DNA from: Escherichia phage vB_VIPECOTPH05A
Strand: one strand, 5' to 3'
Sequence record: PQ429079.1
DNA: 45,476 nt
The notes beneath the pieces are model-generated. The model was not told the DNA's origin, ran no database searches, and saw nothing but the letters and a program-made list of their open reading frames with translations. This document shows positions 36,496-44,229 of this stretch, one piece after another. Position 1 is the first letter of the stretch; every line of letters starts with the position of its first letter. A program made the translations under genes and the position numbers.

Positions 36496-37008
36496 TTAAC
36501 CCCGGTACACGTTAAACGAGAAACCATTGTTAAGACCACCACACAATAACGGGCGTAAAGCGTCGTCAGCAGCGGTAATCGCGGTCGTAGCGCCACTGTT
36601 GCCATTGTTGAAGTAGGTCACTGTTACCGCACCCTCGACACGCTCAGTCTGCACGGCGCGGCCGTCTGAGTTAGCCCGGACTTCGGTGCCCTCGCCATAT
36701 GTAGCGGCAGCGATTACCTGCGCAAGAATCACCTGTTTCGGAATGGCGTTGTTGGCCACCGGGAACCCGTTTAACGTAACGCCGGTGCGGGGGTATGCAA
36801 GAGACTGTTCGGCGGATACTCGACGACCGCACATCTGCGGTTCTGCAAGCCCTACATAAGTAGCACCGTTGCGTAAGGCCACCTCTGCTGCGGTATCGTC
36901 TTCCGGCAGCTCAAGGCCATAATTAGCCGCTAACGCGCGGGCGTCAGCCAGACTAATGTAACTGTCGGCATTTGGGACGATCACCCCAGTTTCCACGATT
37001 AGCGGCAT
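36496..37008 (-). CDS. head-tail connector protein (gp6-like, putative)
   Basis: 170-aa ORF downstream of capsid cluster (gene order). Confidence 0.45.
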   Translation of the reverse strand: MPLIVETGVIVPNADSYISLADARALAANYGLELPEDDTAAEVALRNGATYVGLAEPQMCGRRVSAEQSLAYPRTGVTLNGFPVANNAIPKQVILAQVIAAATYGEGTEVRANSDGRAVQTERVEGAVTVTYFNNGNSGATTAITAADDALRPLLCGGLNNGFSFNVYRG

Positions 37009-37227
37009 AAATTATTCCTCTGACTTACGGCGACGACGCTTAGTACCACCGCCGTTGTTGTGCGCTTCTTCGTTGTCCGGTTGAGCCGCAACCAGTTCAT
37101 CCGCTTCTACAACACCGCGAACCGGCATTACCTGACCGTCAACAACATCAACGTGGGTGTATTTTTCGCGGATTACATAATTATCTGCCATGACCTTTCC
37201 TTATTACGGCCCCGAAGGGCCGTCGCA

Positions 37228-37581
37228 TTAAGACACAGTTGCTACAGTGCTGCTGGAGATAATATTACCATATACATCCTGAACAACCACTTTATACGTA
37301 CCAGAATCGGTAGATGCGACAGTGGTAGATTTGGTGTACGTAGCTGCGGTAGCGCCTGCGATGGCGTTGTTATCCTTGAACCACTGATAGGAGTACGGTT
37401 CGGCCCCGCCGGTTACCGCAACGGTCAGGGTCAATGCCGCGGGTGCGGTAACAGCGGTAGTAGCCGCCAGCACGGAAGAGAAAGATGCTGGAGAAATATT
37501 CTCCATATCGATTTCTACCTGCCCATCAGCAGGAGAATCATCAGACACACCTACAATACGACGTTTGATTACATCAACCAT
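37228..37581 (-). CDS. Ig-like domain protein (possible capsid decoration)
   Basis: YSYQWFKDNNAIAGATAATYTKSTTVASTDSGTYKVVVQD looks like a bacterial Ig-like domain. Confidence 0.5.
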   Translation of the reverse strand: MVDVIKRRIVGVSDDSPADGQVEIDMENISPASFSSVLAATTAVTAPAALTLTVAVTGGAEPYSYQWFKDNNAIAGATAATYTKSTTVASTDSGTYKVVVQDVYGNIISSSTVATVS

Positions 37582-37591
37582 TTTAATCCCC

Positions 37592-37846
37592 TTATGATTC
37601 GATTACACCAGCGGCGCGGAGTTGCGCCAGAAGTGCGTTTAGTTTAGTGCCTACGGCGTTAACCGCAGTCTGTGCGGACGTAGCAACCGCGGCGGCGTCT
37701 TCACCCGTAACGGTTTGCGAGCCGATATTGGTTACCGCAGCACCTTTCTTAACCAGTCCAGCGGTTTCTGCCGTTGTGTCAGGCACAACACTACTGAAAT
37801 CGGTGTTCTCAAGGCTGCGAGGCAAGCCTTTTCCGGTCTTAGCCAT
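37592..37846 (-). CDS. hypothetical protein
   Basis: 84-aa ORF directly downstream of the capsid terminator. Confidence 0.4.
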   Translation of the reverse strand: MAKTGKGLPRSLENTDFSSVVPDTTAETAGLVKKGAAVTNIGSQTVTGEDAAAVATSAQTAVNAVGTKLNALLAQLRAAGVIES

Positions 37847-37855
37847 AATTTACCT

Positions 37856-37889
37856 CTTAGTAAAAGAAAAGAGGGACCGAAGTCCCTCT
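37856..37889 (-). terminator. rho-independent terminator downstream of capsid gene
   Basis: stem AGAGGGAC/GTCCCTCT followed on minus strand by UUUCUUUUAC. Confidence 0.6.
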
Positions 37890-37905
37890 CGATTATAGCT
37901 TAACC

Positions 37906-38955
37906 TTAAGCACCGACACCAGTTACCAGGAAGGCAATCGGTACATGCTTACGCTCAACAACGCGGTTCCAGTTGGAGGCGTTCGCCAGGTCCTGCCATG
38001 AAGCAGAACGTGCGACGGTCTCGGTGCCGTTACCGGTGATTACTGCGCTGGTAAAGCTGTAGCCCAGTGGGTGCAGCAACCAGGTCTTACGGGTCCACAG
38101 GGTTTCTACCCCACCGCCGTTGCCGCGAGACGCTTCGCGCTCGTATTCCAACGGGTTGGACGGAGAACCTTCACCGTAACCGATAGCGCCGTTACCGAAG
38201 ATAATGGAGATGAACTTACGGCTAGAGTCGGTGCTGACTACGGTCATGCTGTCGTCAACAATCACGCGGTAACCCTGGTAGGTGGCGAACAGTGTGTCGT
38301 TGTCGGCGTCTTTGATGAAGTCAATAAGCTGCTGCTTACGGGCCTGCGCATAAACGAAGCTGTGCATCGCGATAGCACCCAGCACTTCTCCGCCGTTGCC
38401 CATCAGCGCATCACCCATAGTCTGGGTGGCGTCGATGAACGCACCTGCGTCGAAGCCCAGAGTAGCAGACACGTCTACAACCATGTCATTCTGCTCGTGG
38501 TATGCGTCGGTAGCGGCTACGTTGTCATTGTACAGACCGAGCGCGGTAGCGATCAGACGGCGTTGCGCCTGGCGCTGCCAGAAGTTATCCAGACGGGACG
38601 CTACGGATTGCAGCGGGTTCTGGCTGGTCAGTTCGACAGTCAGGTCCGCCTGGCCAAAACCTTCGTTCAGGTATGCAACGCGCGCCATCATCTCGCCGGT
38701 TTGCACGTTACGCGGGGTAGCGATGTCCTGGTATACGTCGTTCGAGTAGTTAGGCTCGATAGAAGTATCAATCGCTTTCCAGAAAGGAATGTTAGCGACG
38801 TTGGACGGGCCGCGGGCAATCTCGGCGGCGTACGGAGTAGGGGTAAGAATACCGGACTGGAAGAACGCGGTTTTTTCTACCGGGTCCTCGGTCATATAAG
38901 ACGCCAGGACCGGGATGTTGCCAGTTACGATATCGCCGATAGTGGTAATTGCCAT
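37906..38955 (-). CDS. major capsid protein
   Basis: 349-aa protein immediately after the scaffold gene and followed by a strong terminator. Confidence 0.7.
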   Translation of the reverse strand: MAITTIGDIVTGNIPVLASYMTEDPVEKTAFFQSGILTPTPYAAEIARGPSNVANIPFWKAIDTSIEPNYSNDVYQDIATPRNVQTGEMMARVAYLNEGFGQADLTVELTSQNPLQSVASRLDNFWQRQAQRRLIATALGLYNDNVAATDAYHEQNDMVVDVSATLGFDAGAFIDATQTMGDALMGNGGEVLGAIAMHSFVYAQARKQQLIDFIKDADNDTLFATYQGYRVIVDDSMTVVSTDSSRKFISIIFGNGAIGYGEGSPSNPLEYEREASRGNGGGVETLWTRKTWLLHPLGYSFTSAVITGNGTETVARSASWQDLANASNWNRVVERKHVPIAFLVTGVGA

Positions 38956-38957
38956 TA

Positions 38958-39659
38958 TTATTTCCTCAGGGCTTTAAGTTGCCGTTCAAATTCGGCAGGG
39001 TTCGATTTATACAGAGCTAAACGCTCCGCTTCACTCATGTCTTTAAACGCTGGTGCGGCCCCGCCGCCTTTGCCACCGGAAGCCCCGCCGCCGGAAGCTG
39101 CATTTGCTTTAATCAAATGCGAAAACGCTTTGTGTTCGCGCAGGTATTTGCGGAACTGTTCAGGGTCAGTCGTGATTACACCGCCGTCTGGCCCAACAAA
39201 CTTAGTAACCACATCATCACCTTCGAACTCAGTCTTAACGAACGGAGCAAGAATGTCTACTGCTTCCGGGGTAATAAAGTCACCTGCGAAAGAGCCTAAC
39301 ACCGCTTTACGTTCGCTGCCGAGGATGCGCTCAGCCATTTTGGTTATGCGACCATCTTTCTCGGCTAACACCGGGTCATACTGGCTACGAATCGTCTTTT
39401 CGAACTCGTCCATCTTGCCGGCGGCTTTTAGCGCCTCCTGGTGCGCACGCTGACGTTCCTCTTCGGCCTCTTTTGCTTTACGGGCGGCTTCTTTCTTCTC
39501 CGCCAGCAATGCTTCCTGATTGGCCTTAAGTCCGGCAACTTCTTTCTCAATCATCGCCTGAACTTCTTCAGCGGTGAACATTTTTGGAGCGTCGCCACCG
39601 CTAGATTTATCTTCTGCCCCAGCTTCTTCCTGGAACGGATAGTGTAAAAAACGATTCAT
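38958..39659 (-). CDS. scaffolding protein
   Basis: ORF 38958..39713; likely start MNRFLHY at 39659; long Ala/Glu/Lys coiled-coil and Gly-rich C-terminus. Confidence 0.6.
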   Translation of the reverse strand: MNRFLHYPFQEEAGAEDKSSGGDAPKMFTAEEVQAMIEKEVAGLKANQEALLAEKKEAARKAKEAEEERQRAHQEALKAAGKMDEFEKTIRSQYDPVLAEKDGRITKMAERILGSERKAVLGSFAGDFITPEAVDILAPFVKTEFEGDDVVTKFVGPDGGVITTDPEQFRKYLREHKAFSHLIKANAASGGGASGGKGGGAAPAFKDMSEAERLALYKSNPAEFERQLKALRK

Positions 39660-39741
39660 AGTCAGTATGTCCCCTGGACGTTGGAATCCGGGCCTCCCGG
39701 ATTTACATGTCAAGAATAAATTATTCCAACATGCAAGGCAA

Positions 39742-40005
39742 CTATTCCAGAATATTCCTCACGTAATCCTGCAACATGAACACTTTCAGTCTCAGTTGCC
39801 GTACACATTCGGCGTTCTGAACGTCGATAGCTAAATCCTCGTCTGCGTCGCTACTTGGCAGTGCCAGTTTGCACGGCGGCTGCATCATCGGCATACCCGG
39901 GGATGGAATTGGCGTTTGCGACGGCGCGGGACTTGAGCTGCACCCGCTCAGGGTCAAAAGTGCACACGCTGCGGCCAGGCGTTTTAATGTACTTAACGAC
40001 TTCAC
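39742..40005 (-). CDS. outer-membrane spanin lipoprotein (Rz1-like)
   Basis: lipobox LTLSGC, Pro-rich mature region; overlaps Rz-like gene in another frame. Confidence 0.6.
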   Translation of the reverse strand: MKSLSTLKRLAAACALLTLSGCSSSPAPSQTPIPSPGMPMMQPPCKLALPSSDADEDLAIDVQNAECVRQLRLKVFMLQDYVRNILE

Positions 40006-40237
40006 GGGTTATCACCTCTGATTTCGTTTTGCCTTCGTTGTCAGCGGCGGCGGCCTTTGATTCATCCTGCTGCTGCCGTTGTGTTTTCTTCGCGAACTCA
40101 GCCTGTGCTTTCTGCTGTTGCTGCGAAACGAGATTAGCACGGCCTTCACCCCAGCCGCTGCGGTATTGATAGATGCCGTGTGCGTAGGCCAGGACGACGA
40201 AACATGCTCCGGCTACGACAGTTGCTTTAAGATTCAT
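39851..40237 (-). CDS. inner-membrane spanin (Rz-like)
   Basis: N-terminal TMD ATVVAGACFVVLAYA followed by Gln/Ala/Lys-rich predicted helix. Confidence 0.6.
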   Translation of the reverse strand: MNLKATVVAGACFVVLAYAHGIYQYRSGWGEGRANLVSQQQQKAQAEFAKKTQRQQQDESKAAAADNEGKTKSEVITREVVKYIKTPGRSVCTFDPERVQLKSRAVANANSIPGYADDAAAVQTGTAK

Positions 40238-40488
40238 GTTTCCCCTTTCTCGATAAGTAAAGCCCCGCCTTAAAGCGGGGCGCTAGTCCTTATCATTTAA
40301 ACATAGAAACGGCGTAATCTCAGTAAACCAGTTACTTTTTACACAAGCAATAGAGTATGGCCCTTCCGAACGCGTCAGCGTAACTACACTCAGGACTTAC
40401 GTCCCGCTCCGTTACCTGCCCGCGCCGCGGTCGCTTGTTCATACTTCACAAGCTCAGGTGGAGCTTATCATATTTTCAGTGAAAAGTC

Positions 40489-40504
40489 AACTATTCGAAT
40501 AGTT
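40489..40504. promoter_or_regulatory. perfect 16-bp palindrome AACTATTCGAATAGTT (operator-like)
   Basis: exact inverted repeat about 55 bp upstream of promoter at 40557; half-site ACTATTC recurs in -10/start regions of other promoters. Confidence 0.45.
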
Positions 40505-40556
40505 TATTCCAACGTTTACAATTGAGTGGAATAACTGGAATACGTAAATAAATAGT

Positions 40557-40585
40557 TTGCGCGCACCAACATAATAGGGTACTAT
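40557..40585 (+). promoter_or_regulatory. sigma70-like promoter (TTGCGC-N17-TACTAT)
   Basis: same -10/start context (GGGTACTATTCA) as promoter at 31259. Confidence 0.5.
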
Positions 40586-40612
40586 TCAGTTAACTTAAAC
40601 AGGAGATGAGAA

Positions 40613-41134
40613 ATGATTACTACAGTAATTACTTTCCCTGCGTATGTAGGGGCGAAAATATGCAGGGCTAAAAATGATGTGCGCTACTATTTGAACGCTT
40701 TTTACATAGACCCTGAAGGATTGATAGTGTCTACGGACGGTCATAGATTGTTCTGCGACAATGTGAAGACCAACGTTGAGAAAGGGACTCTCATAGACAT
40801 CAAAGGGAGAGAGCCTTCTAAATTTAACTACGCGGAGGTAAACCACGACAACGGCAGTGTATCTTTCTATGACGATAATCGTGCGCTTATATGTACACTT
40901 CCGGTAGATGTTGTAGAAGGAAACTTTCCTGACTGGAGACGCGTGGTGCACATCACACCGGGTGTTGTCGATAGTATAGGGTTCACTCTGCGCTATTTGG
41001 CAGACGCGTACAAGATTTCTAAGGCATACAAAAATGAAATTGCTCGTTTCGATTTCCAGGACCAAACCAGAGGATGCAAAATACAATTTTCAAACACGGC
41101 CTTTATGGTGTTAATGCCCGCGCGATTTAAATAA
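40613..41134 (+). CDS. hypothetical protein (opposite-strand moron)
   Basis: 173-aa ORF with AGGAG RBS, own promoter and terminator; possible PD-(D/E)XK-like pattern STDGHRL...IDIKGRE (weak). Confidence 0.55.
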   Translation: MITTVITFPAYVGAKICRAKNDVRYYLNAFYIDPEGLIVSTDGHRLFCDNVKTNVEKGTLIDIKGREPSKFNYAEVNHDNGSVSFYDDNRALICTLPVDVVEGNFPDWRRVVHITPGVVDSIGFTLRYLADAYKISKAYKNEIARFDFQDQTRGCKIQFSNTAFMVLMPARFK

Positions 41135-41137
41135 AAC

Positions 41138-41166
41138 TAAGGCCCCATATGGGGCCTTTTATCATT
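41138..41166. terminator. bidirectional rho-independent terminator
   Basis: stem AAGGCCCC/GGGGCCTT with T4 run. Confidence 0.7.
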
Positions 41167-41623
41167 CTGGTTTAGAGACCTTCGCCGCTTTGCTTACGGC
41201 CTCTGCACCATCGGCATCGGTAACTTTAACGAAGTATTCGCCCGCCGCATTAACCGTCAGAGACAGCGCCTCTTCAGGGGCATTTACCACTTCCTTCCCG
41301 TCTTTGTACCAGGTCAGTACATACGGCGCTTTACCCGCCTTAACTTCGACGGTGATGGTGGCGCTACCGTCGACCAGCTCGGTGTCTTTCGGCTGCACAG
41401 AGAAATACACATCACCAGCGTCCGCCAGATACGGAATCTCATAAAGCATACCCGCCGCGGGTAACGCAATACCGGTTTTATCTGCAAATGGCATATCATC
41501 CACTGGTGTACCGAGTACACTTTCATCTCCAATAAACACCACGTTCTCGCCGGAACCAGACACTCGGGCGTACTGGACTACTCGACGTGACGGTACATCA
41601 GTTACTTTGAAAAAGCCCATCAT
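41162..41623 (-). CDS. Ig-like domain protein (putative structural/decoration)
   Basis: C-terminal PYVLTWYKDGKEVVNAPEEALSLTVNAAGEYFVKVTD resembles an Ig-like domain. Confidence 0.45.
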   Translation of the reverse strand: MMGFFKVTDVPSRRVVQYARVSGSGENVVFIGDESVLGTPVDDMPFADKTGIALPAAGMLYEIPYLADAGDVYFSVQPKDTELVDGSATITVEVKAGKAPYVLTWYKDGKEVVNAPEEALSLTVNAAGEYFVKVTDADGAEAVSKAAKVSKPE

Positions 41624-42699
41624 TATTCCCCTTTCAGATAATCAGCAACACGTTTATCGAGTTCCGCCATCTGCTTAAGCGTGAGCGGATTCCCGAAACC
41701 ATCTACAGATATTACGCGAAACTCTTCCGGCGATATACCGCTGTTACGGAAAATCTTACCGCGGGTCGGCCCGAGTGCTTCGTCCACGAACCACGCCGGT
41801 TGTTGTTCCAGGAACTCGTAGTAAGTGGTGTCTGCGCTTACCTGAGTACCTCCGTCCGCGCCCTTAGCCGCACGTTTTGCACCTTTATCGAGGAAGTCGA
41901 ACTCTGAACTGATTACAGGTGCCGTGGTACTTCGGCACCCAAAATGGGCCGGGGGTATCGGCCCCTTACCGATTTCCCACGTCATTCCGTCTCTGGCCCT
42001 ACAAATCGTACTGGTACGGCTGTCTAGCGTTGACACCCACTCGTACTTCTCGATGATGTCGTCGTTCTGGCGGTACGTCTCGTTACGGGCCTCGTTGGAT
42101 ACATGAGACAGCGCGGTGCGGATTACCGTAGCTGCGTTACGCTCGGAGATGTCCGCCAAACCACCAGCACCAACAACATTCTTAACAATCTGCCGTGTTG
42201 TCTTACCCTGAACAAAGCCCATCTTAACGCCGGTTACGAGACGTGCTACTTCGGTTTCGCCCCATCCCGACATCAGCTTAGTGAAATCAACAGGCTTGTC
42301 GCTTAATGATAAGGGTTGAAACTCGGCAGCGGACCACACCTGTTCGGCGGTAGGCGTAACAAATTCCGCATCTACGTTGGTGGTCAGTGTCTTTACATTC
42401 CACTCGGCCTCATACGCCGCCAGTTCCATAAGGTCTTCTGTCAGCTTTGTTTGCCAGTCACCGGTAAGCGCGGTAAGTGCTTCTTCAAGGTCGCGTAACA
42501 GTTTATTCAGTCGCGCGGTGCTTCGCCCGTCGTCGCCGAATAACAGCACCTGCCGTTTTATTTCGTCCCGCATCTCCTTAATGAACGGCGCGAGGTCTTT
42601 CACCTCACCGGATGCAGTGCGTTGCAGCCATATCTGGTGGCTGATTAGAGATGTAAGTAAGCTCATAGATAAACCCTGTGGCGCTAAAGTTAATAGCAT
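41623..42699 (-). CDS. head morphogenesis protein (SPP1 gp7 / Mu F-like)
   Basis: WVSTLDSRTSTICRARDGMTWEIGKGPIPPAHFGCRSTT fits that family; real start may be Met at 42666. Confidence 0.65.
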   Translation of the reverse strand: MLLTLAPQGLSMSLLTSLISHQIWLQRTASGEVKDLAPFIKEMRDEIKRQVLLFGDDGRSTARLNKLLRDLEEALTALTGDWQTKLTEDLMELAAYEAEWNVKTLTTNVDAEFVTPTAEQVWSAAEFQPLSLSDKPVDFTKLMSGWGETEVARLVTGVKMGFVQGKTTRQIVKNVVGAGGLADISERNAATVIRTALSHVSNEARNETYRQNDDIIEKYEWVSTLDSRTSTICRARDGMTWEIGKGPIPPAHFGCRSTTAPVISSEFDFLDKGAKRAAKGADGGTQVSADTTYYEFLEQQPAWFVDEALGPTRGKIFRNSGISPEEFRVISVDGFGNPLTLKQMAELDKRVADYLKGE

Positions 42700-42735
42700 A
42701 CTATAAGAAAGCCCCTTTCGGGGCTATATGTGAAC

Positions 42736-44217
42736 TTACTGCTGAGTGACATCTTGTTGCTGCGCCGACTGCGGAATCTCTCCTGCCACCTGAGTAACCG
42801 CACCTAACGGCAGAGGTGCGCCCTCAATAGCGTTCTGAATATCCTCGTCGGTCCAGTCAGTCACCCCTGCTTTACGCAACGCGGAGTAGTATGCGGTCGC
42901 TGGCAGCAGACCGGCATTAATGTCCGCCATCCACTGAGCGCGGTCCTGAGCGGTCATCGGTTGCAGGAAGAACTCCATGTTAAGTTTGAACTCAATCTCT
43001 GTGCCTTCACGCAACCCTAGCATCGCAGCCACCCAGCGCAACGCATCGGTATACGCCATGCTTACGTTACGTGCGATTGTCGCCATAACGGACGTGTCAG
43101 CACCACGTTGCAGGCGGGCCGATTCAGCGGTGATTTGCTGCGTCGGGGTGATAAGCTGCGCACCAATCTGGATGGCCTGATTCTCTTTATCCAGCATGTT
43201 CTGCTTGGCCAGGTTATTCTCTCCGGCCTGGACCAGAAACGCATTGCCGCCGTAGCCGATGTTATGACCTGAACGCGACCCCATGCGCACACCGTGTGGG
43301 TTAGCCTCTTTCCACTGTTCCATGCTCATGTTCTCACCCGGGGCGATGAACAGAGTTGGCTGACCTACAACGAAGCTGGATTCCTCATTGTCTGCGCTGT
43401 TGCGGAAATGCCCGATATTAAGCTCGGCCAACGGCAGCAAAGGCGCATCGTCAATGGTCGCGTCGTTATTGCTTGCGCCGATAAACGTGAACGGGATTTT
43501 GCCGCGCAACTGTTCGCCAAGTTCCGGGAATATTTCGATTACTTCATCCTGGGCACCACCTTCGGCATCGAAGCGGTAAATGCGCTGGCGGTAGCGCCCA
43601 TCAATCAGGTCAAGGACGCGGTATTGCTCGCCGAACTTTGTTTCGAACTCTGCACCAGGTTCTGAGTATTCCCATATCTCACGTAATACAACCATCGTCA
43701 CGCGGTTCACTGAACCGACGCGAGCCAGTCGCCAGTTGATGATGTTCTCCGCGGTATAGAATGCGATGACCGGGTTTAATAGCCCTGCGTTCTGCTCGGC
43801 TGCCGTTGCTGCAGCTGTCTCAGGGGCATCCACCAGCAACCCGCCGCGGCCCACCGAATCAATCTCCATCAGCGTATCCTGCGCGTGCTGCCACAGCCCG
43901 ACACCGGAACCGTCGGCATTACGTAACAGGTACTCAAGTTCAGGCGGGATAATCTGCTCTGGGTCTTTGCACATCACTGACCCAACCATCCCCGCCAGGG
44001 TACGTTTGGTGAAGTTGTAGCAGATAGCGCCGTTCTCGTATTCTTCCTGGCGCTGGTCTGCGTATTTCTGGTCTGGCTCATTCTTCCCGACATTTCGAAG
44101 ATAGCGAATAAGGTCGCCTTCCAGCGCGTGGCGCACCTTCTGCCATTTATTGAAGTGATGCAGCCATTCCCGGTGTTTTGTCTTAACACCCTGATTCTGA
44201 CCGTTCATAGTTAACAT
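42736..44217 (-). CDS. portal protein
   Basis: 493-aa protein between large terminase and head morphogenesis genes. Confidence 0.7.
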   Translation of the reverse strand: MLTMNGQNQGVKTKHREWLHHFNKWQKVRHALEGDLIRYLRNVGKNEPDQKYADQRQEEYENGAICYNFTKRTLAGMVGSVMCKDPEQIIPPELEYLLRNADGSGVGLWQHAQDTLMEIDSVGRGGLLVDAPETAAATAAEQNAGLLNPVIAFYTAENIINWRLARVGSVNRVTMVVLREIWEYSEPGAEFETKFGEQYRVLDLIDGRYRQRIYRFDAEGGAQDEVIEIFPELGEQLRGKIPFTFIGASNNDATIDDAPLLPLAELNIGHFRNSADNEESSFVVGQPTLFIAPGENMSMEQWKEANPHGVRMGSRSGHNIGYGGNAFLVQAGENNLAKQNMLDKENQAIQIGAQLITPTQQITAESARLQRGADTSVMATIARNVSMAYTDALRWVAAMLGLREGTEIEFKLNMEFFLQPMTAQDRAQWMADINAGLLPATAYYSALRKAGVTDWTDEDIQNAIEGAPLPLGAVTQVAGEIPQSAQQQDVTQQ

Positions 44218-44229
44218 TGAATAATCCTC

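Noticed and set aside
38071-39453. 460-aa plus-strand ORF
   Set aside because: Antisense to the capsid and scaffold genes, whose position and composition are well supported; low-complexity Arg/Val/Gly-rich translation typical of a spurious ORF.
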